Source: the human T2T-CHM13v2.0 reference genome, Homo sapiens. Taken from it: DNA of 64,000 nt. Positions 46,975 to 64,000 of this stretch are shown in pieces. The stretch lies in the NCBI RefSeq assembly GCF_009914755.1, contig NC_060933.1, one strand, 5' to 3'. Each line of letters starts with the position of its first letter. Position 1 is the stretch's first letter. Below the pieces are notes generated by a model, which saw only the letters and a program-made list of their open reading frames with translations, had not been told where the DNA came from and ran no database searches. Position numbers and translations under genes: made by a program.

Positions 46975-46987
46975 CAGTTATAGGGAG

Positions 46988-47450
46988 GTATTACTTAGAA
47001 CTCTTTTAGTTACAAGTAAAATAAACCTAAACTAAGTTCACTGAGGCAAGAAGAAAGGAGCTTGTTGACTCATAATCAAAAATGAAGGAGAACAATAATT
47101 CAGCTCTCAAGAACAAATGATAAATGGAATAAGAAAGGACACAGACATGAAAATAATCAGAAATATTTCTCTTTGTCTCTCTATCTCTTATTCTCTCTGC
47201 CTATTGACTTTTTCAGACACTTTTTACAAATGGAACTGGAACAATAACCGTTATAGCCATACGTGGCCCAATTCTTACCATTGGTAAGTCAAGGAGTTTC
47301 TACTTTTAACTCCCTTAAGGAGTCCAACAGATAGACGTTGATGTTCCAGGCTGAAGTCATCTGCTCGTCCATCTCTGGACCACTTTCTATAAATGGGGAA
47401 GTGAGGGTTTGCTATAATTAGCTCAACTTAATCAGGTATCTGCCTCTTGA
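46988..47450 (-). mobile_element. Ancient ERVL/MaLR LTR (LTR33/MLT1-like)
   Basis: ttagaactcttttagttacaagt..aaacctaaact..ttgactcataa terminal motif. Confidence 0.5.
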
Positions 47451-49621
47451 AAAACTGTAGCCCAAGAGGGCCTAGAAGGATCTGTAAAAGAGCAGTGTTG
47501 GGGCCAGAAAGGGCTTCTCCAACACAAGTGGAATAAAACAGAAATATGACAAGGAAATAGCAGAATATAGCAAGAAAACCACTGTTATTTGTGTCAACTA
47601 CCATCGTGCATGACAAGCAGTAAGAAAATATTTGTCCTTGAACAAGTGGGTAAATAAAATAATGATAAGATATCACTGCCTTGCTGCTGTATCTCCTACT
47701 GTATCTCCTATTATTTTCATTTCAACTTTTATTTTAGATACAGGAAATATATGTGCAGGGTTGTTACATAGGAATATTACGTGATGCTGAGGTTTGGAGT
47801 GTGGATCCCATTGTCCAGGCAGTGAGCATAGTACCTGATACATATTTTTTTAACCCACCAGCCCTTCTCTCCCTCCACCCTCTAGTAGTCCACAGTGTCT
47901 ATTTTTCCCATATTTATATTCATGTGTGCTCAATGTTTAGTTCCCACTTATAAGTGAGAACACACAGTATTTGGTTTTCTGTTACTGCACTAATTCACTT
48001 AGGATTATGGCCTCCAGATCCATCCATGTTGCTGCAAAGGACATGATTTCATTTTTTTTTATGGTGGGCAGCAAGCCACCCAGGTACTGAGGCAAGAGAC
48101 CAAGGGCACGAGCTGTACCAGTATAATAAAATATACAAAACAAGAGTTATACTAGATCTAGATCATAGACATGATTATATATGAATATCATTCATTAATC
48201 ATTAGTTTGTAGCAATTACTCTTTATTCTAATATTATAATAATCCTCGCTCTATAACCATAACCTAGGAAAAACCAGGCCATACAGAGATCGGAGCTGAG
48301 GGGACACAGTGAGAAGTGACCAGAAGACAAGAGTGTGAGCCTTCTGTTATGCCCGGACAGGGCCACCAGAGGGCTCCTTGGTCTAGCGGTAACACCAGCA
48401 TCTGGGAAGACGCCCGTTGCCAAGCAGACCGTGGTCTAGCGGTAGCCTCAGTGTCAAGGAAAAACACCCGCTACTTAGCAGACTGGGTAAGGGAGTCTCC
48501 CTTTCCCCCAGGGAGTTTAGAAAAGACTCTACTCCTCCACCTCTTGTGGAGGGCCTGACATCAGTCAGGCCCGCCCACAGTTATCCGGAGGCCTAACAGT
48601 CTCCCTGTGATGCTGTGCTTCAGTGGTCACACTCCTAGTCTGCCTTCATGTTCCATCCTGTACACCTGGCTCTGCCTTTTAGATGACAGTAGCAAAATTA
48701 GAAAAAGTCCTCAGTGGGGGGAGGAGCCAAGATGGCCGAATAGGAACAGCTCCGGTCTACAGCTCCCAGCGTGAGCGACGCAGAAGACGGGTGATTTCTG
48801 CATTTCCATCTGAGGTACCGGGTGCATCTCACTAGGGACTGCCAGATAGTGGGCGCAGGTCAGTGGGTGCGCGCACCGTGCACAAGCTGAAGCAGGGCAA
48901 GGCATTGCCTCACTCAGGAAGCGCAAGGGATCAGGGAGTTCCCTTTCCTAGTCAAAGAAAGGGGTGACAGACGGCACCTGGAAAATTGGGTCACTCCACC
49001 CGAATACTGCGCTTTTCCAACGGGCTTAAAAAACGGCACACCAGGAGATTATATCACGCACCTGGCTCGGAGGGTCCTACGCCACGGAGTCTCGCTGACT
49101 GCTAGCACAGCAGTCTGAGATCAAACTGCAAGGCAGCAGCAAGGCTGGGGGAGGGGCGCCCACCATTGCCCTGGCTTGCTTAGGTAAACAAAGCAGCCAG
49201 GAAGCTCGAACTGGGTGGAGCCCACCACAGCTCAAGGAGGCCTGCCTGCCTCTGTAGGCTCCACCTCTGGGGGCAAGGCACAGACAAACAAAAAGACAGC
49301 AGTAACCTCTGCAGACTTAAATGTCCCTGTCTGACAGCTTTGAAGAGAGCAGTGTTTCTCCCAGCACGTAGCTGAAGATCTGAGAACGGGAAGACTGCCT
49401 CCTCAAGTGGGTCCCTGACCCCTGACCCCCGAGCACCCTAACTGGGAGGCAACCCCCAGCAGGGGCAGACTGACAACTCACACGGCCAGGTACTCCAACA
49501 GACCTGCAGCTGAGGGTCCTGTCTGTTAGAAGGAAAACTAACACACAGAAAGGACATCCACACCAAAAACCCATCTGTACATCACCATCATCAAAGACCA
49601 AAAGTAGATAAAACCACAAAG

Positions 49622-50638
49622 ATGGGGAAAAAACAGAACAGAAAAACTGGAAACTGTAAAAAGCAGAGTGCCTCTCCTCCTCCAAAGGAGCGCAGTTCCT
49701 CACCAGCAACGGAACAAAGCTGGATGGAGAATGACTTTGACGAGCTGAGAGAAGAAGGCTTCAGATGATCAAATTACTCCGAGCTACGGGAGGACATTCA
49801 AACCAAAGGCAAAGAAGTTGAAAACTTTGAAAAAAATTTAGAAGAATGTATAACTAGAATAACCAATACAGAGAAGTGCTTAAATCAGCAGATGGAGCTG
49901 AAAATCAAGGCTCGAGAACTACGTGAAAAATGCAGAAGCCTCAGGAGCCGAAGCGATCAACTGGAAGAAAGGGTTTCAGCGATAGAAGATGAAAAGAATG
50001 AAATGAAGCAAGAAGGGAAGTTTAGATAAAAAAGAATAAAAAGAAACGAGCAAAGCCTCCAAGAAATATGGGACTATGTGAAAAGACCAAATCTACGTGT
50101 GATTGGTGTACCTGAAAGTGACAGGGAGAATGGAACCAAGTTGGAAAACACTCTGCAGGATATTATCCAGGAGAATTTCCCCAATCTAGCAAGGCAGGCC
50201 AACATTCAAATTCAGGAAATACAGAGAACGCCACAAAGATACTCCTCGAGAAGAGCAACTCCAAGACACATAATTGTCAGATTCACCGAAGTTGAAATAA
50301 AGGAAAAAATGTTAAGGGCAGCCAGAGAGAAAGGTCGGGTTACCCTCAAAGGGAAGCCCATCAGACTAACAGCAGATCTCTTGGCAGAAACTCTACAAGC
50401 CAGAAGAGAGTGGGAGCCAATATTCAACATTCTTAAAGAAAAGAATTTTCAATCCAGAATTTCATATCCAGCCAAACTAAGCTTCATAAGTGAAGGAGAA
50501 ATAAAATCCTTTATAGACAAGCAAATGCTGAGAGATTTTGTCACCACCAGGCCTGCCCTAAAAGAGCTCCTGAAGGAAGTGCTAAACATGGAAAGGAACA
50601 ACTGGTACCAGCCACTGCAAAATCATGCCAAAATGTAA
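49622..50638 (+). pseudogene. L1 ORF1p with premature stops
   Basis: Starts MGKKQNRK and ends QPLQNHAKM*; internal TGA (about 49766) and TAA (about 50027). Confidence 0.9.
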
Positions 50639-50701
50639 AGACCATTGAGACTAGCAAGAAAATGCATCAACTAACGAGCAAAATAACCAGCTAACATCAT
50701 A

Positions 50702-54542
<3,841 letters not shown>

Positions 54543-55627
54543 ACAATGAGAACACATGGACACAGGAAGGGGAACATCACGCTCTGGGGCCTGTTGTGGG
54601 GTGGGGGGAGGGGGCAGGGATAGCAATGGGAGATATACCTAATGCTAGATAACGAGTTAGTGGGTGCAGTGCACCAGCAATGCACATGTATACATATGTA
54701 ACTAACCTGCACATTGTGCACATGTACCCTAAAACTTAAAGTATAATAATTATAAAATAAAATAAAAGTCCTCAGTAATAAAAAAAAAAAAACAGTAGCA
54801 AAATTAGTGAAAGTACTAAAAGTCTCTGATATGCAGAAATAATGGCATAAGCTGTCTCTCTCTCTCCCTCTCTCTCTCTGCCTTGGCTGCCAGGCAGGGA
54901 AGAGCCCCTTTTCCAGTGGACACGTGACCCACGTGACCTTACCTGTCATTGGAGATGACTCACACTCTTTACCCTGCCCCTTTTGCTTTGTATCCAATAA
55001 ATAACAGCACAGCCAGACATTCGGGGCGACTACCAGTCTCCGCGACTTGGTGGTAGTGGTCCCCCGGGCCCAGCTGCCTTTTCTTTTATCTCTTTGTCTT
55101 GTGTCTTTATTTCTACACTCTCTTGTCTCCGCACACAGGGAGAAACCCCCCGGCCCTGTGGGGCTGGTGCCTACATTTATGACTGTGGAAAATTCCATTG
55201 TGTATATGTACCATATTTTCTTTGTCCAATCTGCCATTAATGGGCACCTGTGTTGATTCCACGTCTTTGCTATTATGAATAGCACAGCAATTAACATAAG
55301 AGTATATGTGTCTTTTTATTTTCTTTGAGGTATAAACCCAGTAATGGGATTGCTGAGTCAAATTGTAGGCCTGTTTTAACTTTTTTGAGAAATCTACAGG
55401 CTGCTTTCCACAGTGCCTGGGGCAACTTATATTCCCATCAACAGTGTATAAGCACTCCCTTTTCTCAGCAACCTTGCCAGCATCTGTTGTTCTTTGACTT
55501 CTTTAAGATATCCATTCTGACTGGTGTGAGGTGGTATCTCATTGTGGTTTTGATTTGCATTTATCTGATGATTAGTGATGATGATAATTTTTTCATATGC
55601 TTGTTGGCCACTTGTATATCTTCTTTC

Positions 55628-55924
55628 TTTTTTTTTTTTTTTTTTGGGGGGGGGGAGATGGAGTTTTGCGCTTGTTGCCCAGGCTGGAATGCTATGGTGC
55701 AATCTAGGCTCACTGCAACCTCTGCCTCCTGCGTTCAGGAGATTCTCCTGCAGCAGCTGGGATTACAGGCATCTGCCACCACACCCAGCTAATTTCTGTA
55801 TTTTTAGTAGAGACGGGTTTCACCATGTTGGCCAGGCTGGTCTCGAACTCCTGACCTCAGGTGATCCACCCGCCTCAGCCTCCCAAAGTGCTGGGATTAC
55901 AGGTGTAAGCCACAGTGTCCGGCC
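55628..55924 (-). mobile_element. AluSq/Sp-like
   Basis: gagtttt..cttgttgcccagg diagnostic; small internal deletion; G10 run beside the T tail. Confidence 0.9.
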
Positions 55925-58900
55925 TCTCTTGAGAAGTGTAGGTTCATGTTTTTTGTCCGTTATTTAATGGAGTTATTTATATTTTGCTTGTTAATTTGTT
56001 TAAGTTCCCTATAGATTCTTTATATTAGGCTATCGTCAGCCTTTGTTGAGATAACCTATCCATTCTGTAGGTTGTCTGTTTACCCTGTTGATAGTTTCTT
56101 TTGCTGTACAGAAGCTCTTTGGTTTAATTAGGTCCAACTTGTCAATTTTTGTTTTAGTTGCAATTGCTTTTGGGGACTTATCCAAAAATTATTTGCCAAG
56201 GTCAGTATCAAAAAGGGTGTTCCCTAAGTTGTTTTGTAGGATTGTTATAGTCTGAGGTCTTACATTTAATTCTTTAATCCCTTTTGAGTTTATTTCTGTA
56301 TGTAGTGAAAGGTAGTAGCCATCCAGCTTCAATCTTTGGCTTATGGCTAGCCAGTTTTCCCAGCACCATTTATTGAATAAGGAATTCCTTCCGCATTGCT
56401 TGTTTTTGTCAGCCTTGTCGAAGATCAGATGGTTGTAGGTGTGTGGCTTTATATTGGAGTTTTCTATCCTAGTCTATTAATCTATGTGTCTCTTTTTGTA
56501 CCAGTTACAAGCTGTTTTGGCTAATGTGAATTTATAGTATAGATTGAAGTCAGGTAGTATGATGGCTCTGGCTTTGTTCTTTTTGCTTAGAATTGCTTTG
56601 GCTATTCAGGCTCTTTTTTGGTTCCATATAAATTTTAGAAAAGTTTCTTCTAATTCTGTGAAGAGTGATGTAGATAGTTTGATAGGAATAGTATTGAATC
56701 TGTAAATCGCTTTGGGCAGTATGGCCATTTTTATGATATTGATTCTTCCAATCCATGAGCATGGAATGTTTTTCAAATTATTTGTGTCATCTCTGATTTC
56801 TTTCAGCAATGTTTTGTAGTTTTCCTCTTAGAGATCTTTCACCTCCCTGATTAGCTGTATTCCTAGGTATTTCATTTTCTTTGTGGCTATTATAAATGGG
56901 ATTGTGTTCTTGATTTCCCTCTCAGCCTGGACATTGTTGGTGTATAGAAATGCTACTGATTTTTGTACATTGACCCTCAACAACCAAGGCATGAAAGGAA
57001 CATACCTCAACTTAATAAGAGCCATCTATAACAAACCCACAGCCAACATTATACTGAATGGGCAGAAATTCAAACCATTCTCCTTGAGAAATGGAAGAAG
57101 ACAAGGATGTCCACCCTCACCACTCCTATTCAGCATAGTACTGGAAGTCCTATCCAGTAGGACTATCATGCAAGCAGGCAAGAAAAATGAATAAAAGGTA
57201 TCCAAATAAGAAAATATGTCAAACTATCTCTCTTTGCTGATGATATAATTGGATACCTAGAAAATCTTAAAGACTCTGCCAAAAGGCTCCTGGAACTGAT
57301 AAACAACTCTGGTAATGTTGCAGGATACTGTACTCCCTATTCTTGTCTCAATGAAGCAATTTAGTACCATTTTCTTCCCAAAATCTTATTTTGGTGAAAA
57401 TTTTATCTGTACTAGAGATAGCAGCAAACAGACAAAAAAAAATTAGTAAGATAGATCCTAATTTTGATTACTTTCACTTATCTAAGAATTGCAAAGCTGA
57501 CTCAGACATGAGGGTGTTAAGATAATAAACTAACCTATGATAAACACAGATAATTATAGAACAATTTTTGAAAAGTCTAAGATTTAGAGTCAGTGTTAAA
57601 TACATGTTTGGAATAATTAAGAGCATGGCTTTTCAATAAATTAAAAAGTAACAGCGTATTTTAGGAAGCTGGCAAAAGTCAAATGAGCAAAATTGATTAT
57701 TGTAGCAAAGAATTGGATAAAGTTGTTGGAAGTATGAGGCTGGATTAGCACTTACAAAGATTTTTCAAATTATTTCTTATACTTTCTTGTTTCTGTTTTT
57801 TTCACAGTTAACTGCCAATATTCTCACATACTTGTATAACTGTGATAGTCATTGAAAACTCTTCACAAAATATTTTTATTCTCATTCCAGGTAAATAGTG
57901 AACTGAAGTTTCACCCCCGCTTTGAATTAAATGACATGCTTCAAAATAAGCTGATGTGGTATTTATCACTTTCAGGTGAAAGTTCTATGAATCAGGGCAC
58001 AATTTGCCACCCTCTCTTTCTCCCCACCACAGGGACTGACCATTTTTTTCAATAGTAAGCAGCTGCTATGTCACCTCATGAACTCACGAGGATGACAAAG
58101 AAAATGGCCAACAGCTGATGGAGCAAAAGCTGGAAATAGTACTTTCTTTAAAAATATCAAGGCTCAGGGTTCTTACTGCAGTATAACCAGTCCATCCTCA
58201 CAGATATAATAAGTATAGAAAAATATGTATTTATCATATTGGCATTTGACATTACAGGAGTAATAGATAATAACTATTTAAGAATGAAAATTCGAGATTA
58301 GGTATTTCTAGGTGTTAGTTTACTGGTTGTATTTTATTTGTAATTTTCCATGTTTCAAATTGTCTTCAATGTCTGAGTGTTTAATAATCATAAAATCAAC
58401 AACCTTTATGTTAAAAGAGAATAGGATTATAATAAAAATAAATAAGCTTCATAATGTTAAGTATCAATAATTTCTATATTTTGAAATATGATTAATGCAC
58501 TGTAGGTGTTCTTTTAATGCATGTGTTAGTACACAAGTAACATAAGCAATTATTTCAGTTTTATCTTTTATTGCAAATCACATGTGCATACTATAATTAC
58601 CTATTTTCATGTAGTATTAAGAAGCATTATTAATTAACACAAAATTTGTTTTCTGCTAGTGGTTTTTAACAGATAGCAAATGCATTAGTTTTCCTCTGTA
58701 AACAATTTGTACTGAATCACACATAGTTTGATATGTGGAACTTTATGTTCATCTTCCAGAAGACCATGCAAACAGTTCTAAATTCTACTTTCAACAAATG
58801 GTTATTTTTAAAAGTAACATTCTGATGACATTTTAATTTTTTTGTTTTCTTAAACTTTGGACTTCTCGTCAAGTTTTATTGCATTGTTATAAGACGTAGC

Positions 58901-59349
58901 ACATACCTTTTCAAATTTATCATAATTTTATTATGGCTCAGTGTGTCATCAGCTTATTAAAAATTCCCTAAGATTAAGAAGGTGGATTTAATTTGTATTG
59001 CATATAAAATCTGACAAATATATACTAACACACATATTCAAATGTATCTGTCAGATTTTCTAAATGCTAATTTTTATTCATTTGGTTTGTCAACAACTGA
59101 GGGTATAGAAATCTTGTATTACTCTTGTGATTTTGTTGCTTCTTAAAATATATTTCTAACAAGATTTTGCATAACAGATGTCCAGGTTACTTTAGTTGAT
59201 GTGTAAATGTGCACTAAATTTTATGTATTTTTCAATCTGATTTTTCAAGCAAAAGATTTTATTTTTACCATTTAACTAGCTTTTAACTTAAATATGTTTG
59301 GTTATCCTTCATTATTAAACATTCTTGGTCACTATCTTAGGTGTGCTTC

Positions 59350-59969
59350 TGTTACTGGAAAGTGGTCCCAATCCAGACCCCAAGAGAGGGTTCCTGGATC
59401 TCACACAAGAAAGAATTTGGAGCGAGTCCATAAAGTGAAAGCAGTTTCTTAAGAAAGTGAAAGAATAAAAGAATGGCTACTCCATACACAGAGCAGCCCT
59501 GAGGGCTGCTGGCTGACCATTTTTATGGTTATTTCTTGATTATATGCTAATCAAGGGGTAAATTATTCATGAGTTTTCCAGGTGGGCCATTCCTGGAACT
59601 GAGGGTTCATCCCCCTTTTGGACCATATAGGGTATTTTCCTGACATTGAAATGGCATTTGTAAATAGTGGTGGCGCTGGTGAGAGTGTCTTCTAGCATGC
59701 TAATGTACTATAATTAACACATAATGAGCAGTTAGGATGACCAGAGGTCACTTTCGTCTCCATCTTGGTTTTGGTGGGATTTGGCTGGCTTCTTTGCCAC
59801 ATCCTGTTTTATCAGCAAGGTCTTTGTGACCTGTACCTTGTGCCGACCTCCTATCTCGTCCTGTCACTAAGAATGCCTAACTCCTGGGAATGCATTCCAG
59901 TAGGTCTCAGCCTTATTTTACCCAACCCGCATTCAAGAGGAAGTCACTCTGGTTTGTATACCTCTGAAA
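59350..59969 (-). mobile_element. MER41B solo LTR (ERV1)
   Basis: Reverse complement reads tcagagg..aaccagag..gggtaaaataaggctgagacctactgg..aaaaccaagatgg..ggggtctggattgggacc..gtaaca. Confidence 0.9.
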
Positions 59970-60717
59970 AAAAACTTGTGAAGAACAATAAAAACTATAT
60001 TTTGACTTTCAATATTTTTCACCCAAGTTGAGAGAATAGTAGTATATAATTTAAATGTGAAAATTCTAAATGATATACAACTTCCATTTATTGCTACATT
60101 GTATAATACATACCTATGTTTTCTCTCATTTGTTATCTATACTCATTTTAAACATAGATATCTTTTTTCATGTATACCAGTGGTCACCTTTCAGTTCAAG
60201 AAATATGAATTTCAAGAGAAAATCCTATTTAATGACTCTCTGTATGAAATGTGGGAAATTAACATACCATTATTTCTTTCTATGATACCCACCCACATCT
60301 CTACTCTGAAAGATACATAACAATTTTAGAATCTAATTTGCTTTTTTAAAGTTAATTACACACTCAAAAATAATATATGTATTCACTGTCATCTAGAATT
60401 AAAAAATATATAGATCAAAGTCCCCTTTAACCACCAAACAAAAACCCTTCCTTTTTCTACAAGAGGTAACAACTTTTTAGGTAGATGATTATTCCTACAG
60501 ACATGCTTTTTAAATGGATACACTTTTTTTTACCTTTATATACTTGTTAAATTTTACAAATATTTCTATACCCATGTGATATACATTACAATTTGTGTCT
60601 TTGCAATCTTTTTTCTTTGTTTCCATTGCTGACGAGTCTCCTTTTAGATCAAATAGATTAACGTATCCAAAGAAAAAATGGTTGTACAACCTCAAGCAGT
60701 TATTGATTTTCACAGAG

Positions 60718-60890
60718 CAGGGATTGGCAAATATAGTAAATATTTTAAGCTTTACAGGTCATCTGCTGTCTTTTGCAACTACTCAACCCTGCCTTTGCAA
60801 TGCAAAAGTAGCCACAGGCAATACATTAATGAAGGACTCTGGCTGTGTTCCAATCAAATTTTATTTATAAAAGCAGACAGTTTCAGAGTC
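60718..60890 (+). mobile_element. MER58A-like hAT MITE
   Basis: cagggattggcaaa..gcaactactcaaccctgcc..tggctgtgttccaat..tttatttataaaa. Confidence 0.75.
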
Positions 60891-61249
60891 CATATCTATA
60901 GCTAAGCTCTTGCTTGAAGGTGTAATATTATTATAATAGCAACAAAAGTAATAATAATAGTTCAATGCTTTAAATAGTTGTTACATTTCTAACACTGTAC
61001 TAACCTAAGATTGGTATTTTCCCTTAATAGAGTGGCCCTTTGTGTCGTTAAGAAGGACAGTCTGACTAGGTTCCCCACACACACCTCTGAAGACTTTTTT
61101 CTCCACCTTTCTTTCAACACTTAGAATTTTCTGTGTGTTTTGTGGTTATTCTGCTCAATCAAATATGTATTTACTGGCAGAACAAAACAAAAGAAGGCAG
61201 GTAGTAGACTAGATTTGACCTCAAGGCCATAATTTTCCTACCTCTGTTC

Positions 61250-61600
61250 CAAAGCCTCAGATGTTTTATCTGTAAAATGGGAGTAATAATATACTTAAAT
61301 CGTAAAGTGTGGTAAGGATTTAACAGAACAAATCATATATGCAACATGCTAAGCACAATATTTGACATATTGATATATTAACAGCTACCATCTTATTGAC
61401 AGCTTAATGTTTTCTCAGCATTTTATTAATATTTGTTTGCTCCAGTCCTGACAAGAAGCCTATGAGTTAAGCATTGTTGACTTCTTTTCAATGAATTGTG
61501 AAAGCTGAAACTCAGAAACGTTAAAATAACTTGCCTAAATTTAGACAGTGAGTAATGACACAATTGAGAGTCAAGGTCAGCTTTCTCGGACTCCTGAGTC
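61250..61600. mobile_element. Two MIRs tail to tail (+ at 61250-61390, - at 61390-61600)
   Basis: gcctcag..atctgtaaaatggg, then gctgaaactcagaaacgttaaaataacttgcc. Confidence 0.65.
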
Positions 61601-61816
61601 AGTTCTCCTAGTTCTCAAATCACCAGAGTGGAGTCACTGGTTAGTCTTGACAAACCCTGACTTCTAGACCATCCCTCTCTTTTGTGAAATGGGAGAATGT
61701 CAGTTACATCCCATGCCTGTTCTGATCCTCTTCTACCAGCCCTAGCCCCAAATTTCTTGTTATTAATAGAAGAGGCTTTTTCTATTGTTCCTTCCATCAG
61801 AATTCTGGTGCATTAA

Positions 61817-62290
<474 letters not shown>

Positions 62291-62349
62291 TAAGCAAAAT
62301 TGTTCCCTCCTCTTTCTTTTGCCAAGTTTCAATAAAGCAAAGAAAATAC

Positions 62350-62780
62350 CTAGTATTGATGATTCTTTGACAGAACAAACTTAAGTAAAATGGAAATTAT
62401 TGGGCAAATAAAGGAAATTTGAAGAATCTCTGGGAAAACCTGGAGAACTTGGCTTGGAACCCAGGCATGTCCCAGAGTAAGGAAGCCAAAATCACAGGAA
62501 CAGTACCATAGCAGGAATTCTGTAGTCATTTCTTCCAATGGAATCAACAGATACTCACTACTTGTAGTCACTCTGTATAAGTTTAAATGCAAGATGGAAT
62601 TCATTTTGGCCAAGTACATGTCAATGCCTACCTCTTAGCTGATGGAGACTTGTCACCTAACACCTCACCAGACTATGTCCAGCATAGAAGAGTAATTCCT
62701 CAAAAGGAAATGACAGTGGTGTCTGGAAGAAAAAACAGATATAGAGAGTTGTAACAAAAATGACAATAATACATGGTCCC
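62350..62780 (-). mobile_element. Ancient MLT1-like LTR
   Basis: gaatctctgggaaaacctggagaac..ttggccaag..tgcctacctcttagct..gtaattcctcaaaaggaaat. Confidence 0.45.
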
Positions 62781-64000
62781 AGTAATATTCAATATCCAAA
62801 ATAATCCTGTCTGCTCCTCAGAAACTGAGGTGAGAAATTCCTTAAAGTGATAGGAGCTACCTAGAGAAAATATTCATGGCACATTTTCCTGGAGCATTAA
62901 TTTTATTTTAATGTTTCTCAGATACAAAACAAACATGATAATATTATAAATAAGAATTCAAAATTTGCATGATTTTTCAAAACAAACCCCTTCAAAAGCA
63001 TTTCTGTGCTTCTCATTGGTCACTTCAGACCAAGTCCTGAGACTTTCCAGATAGGATTTTTTTCTCCCTTGCTGTGCCCTTAACAAGTTTCTCTTTTTCT
63101 CTCTTAAGGCAGGCTCTAGGCACCTTATAAGGTGCCAATTAACGTCCTGTGAGTCAAGGAATTTCTCTGAATTTTGTCTTTAGCCCTCTCCCTGGGCCAT
63201 TTACAACAGAATTCTATTCTGTTTCTTATATGCAGACTTTCTTTCTCAACACTGCCATTTGGACTGACAACTTGTTTTCATTTTTGTGTTTGTCCCTGCA
63301 GCCTCACTGATTCCTCCTGGGTCTCTCTACACCCCGCCCTCACATCAGCCCAAGGTCTTAGGGCATTGTGGCACTAACACAATGTTAGTCTGGCTCTAAC
63401 ACTCTGAAATCCTTGTCACCCAAAATGGTATATCAGATATGAATATCTAGGGATATCTAACATCTTCTGGAATATATCCACATTTCACACTTAATACCTA
63501 TCCTTGCAGTAAAAAGGTATATAACTTCACTTTCATAAGTTGTGTTTTCTTTTAAAAAGCATAAAGCCAATCCCAAATCTCCTGATACTCCTGTTTTGGG
63601 TAAATCTCTATGTGTACTTTTCATGATTTATGGACTTTGATCATACATTCCTTCATCTTCCATCTTACATGAATTTTAATTTTCCCTTATCTATTCTCTT
63701 AAGGGAGATGCTCCAAACTTCTAAAAAGCAAAGTAGAAACTATCAATTCTTATGTCAACTGAAATATCATTACCCTTCTCAATATGTACTTTAGTTTTCA
63801 CAGTTCCTCAACCATGTTGCAGCCATAAACACTGAGGGGGTAAAAATGGAAGAGGATGTCCTGTAGATGCAACATGTCAAGAAAGAGATTTGAAATAAAA
63901 TTTCAAGTGTGCTTTGACTGGCTGTATTTAATGAATGTCCTTAATCGAATCAATTAACTTCCCTCAGTTTCTACATCTTAACTTTCTACATCTATAAAGT

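Noticed and set aside
48950-49166. L1 ORF0 (antisense ORF in the 5'UTR)
   Set aside because: Starts MVGAPPPA but a 1-nt deletion gives a stop after about 29 codons. The 71-aa ORF at 48711-48926 is a different frame and region, not ORF0.
57850-58140. Several pyrimidine-tract-AG acceptor-like sites
   Set aside because: No coherent ORF or donor pairing; cannot call an exon from sequence alone.

Overview
Primate, almost certainly human, AT-rich nuclear DNA (an AluYa5 with all five diagnostic positions is present). I found no convincing host protein-coding exon, RNA gene or prokaryotic-type system. About two thirds of the window is transposable-element sequence by eye. It contains several LINE-1 copies of different ages: a full-length L1PA2/3, two long 3'-truncated L1PA copies, two 5'-inverted (twin-primed) copies, and L1MA/MC/ME relics. 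It also contains Alus, MIR and L2 relics, hAT DNA transposons, MaLR/ERV solo LTRs and an internally deleted HERV-L provirus. All long ORFs in the track are L1 ORF1/ORF2 or HERV-L gag fragments. The most unusual structure is the full-length L1 at 48.7-54.8 kb. It has two nested pairs of target-site duplications and two A-rich tails, suggesting it carried its parent's TSDs at both ends, and it sits inside an LTR13 that sits inside an inverted L1PA15/16. Other notable items are a 72-bp local duplication embedded in a microsatellite, an LTR inserted exactly in the HERV-L primer-binding site, a 44-bp Alu insertion with TSDs, and a MER41B retaining one GAS motif. Subfamily names come from my recall of consensus sequences, not from a search, and boundaries of old repeats are approximate.
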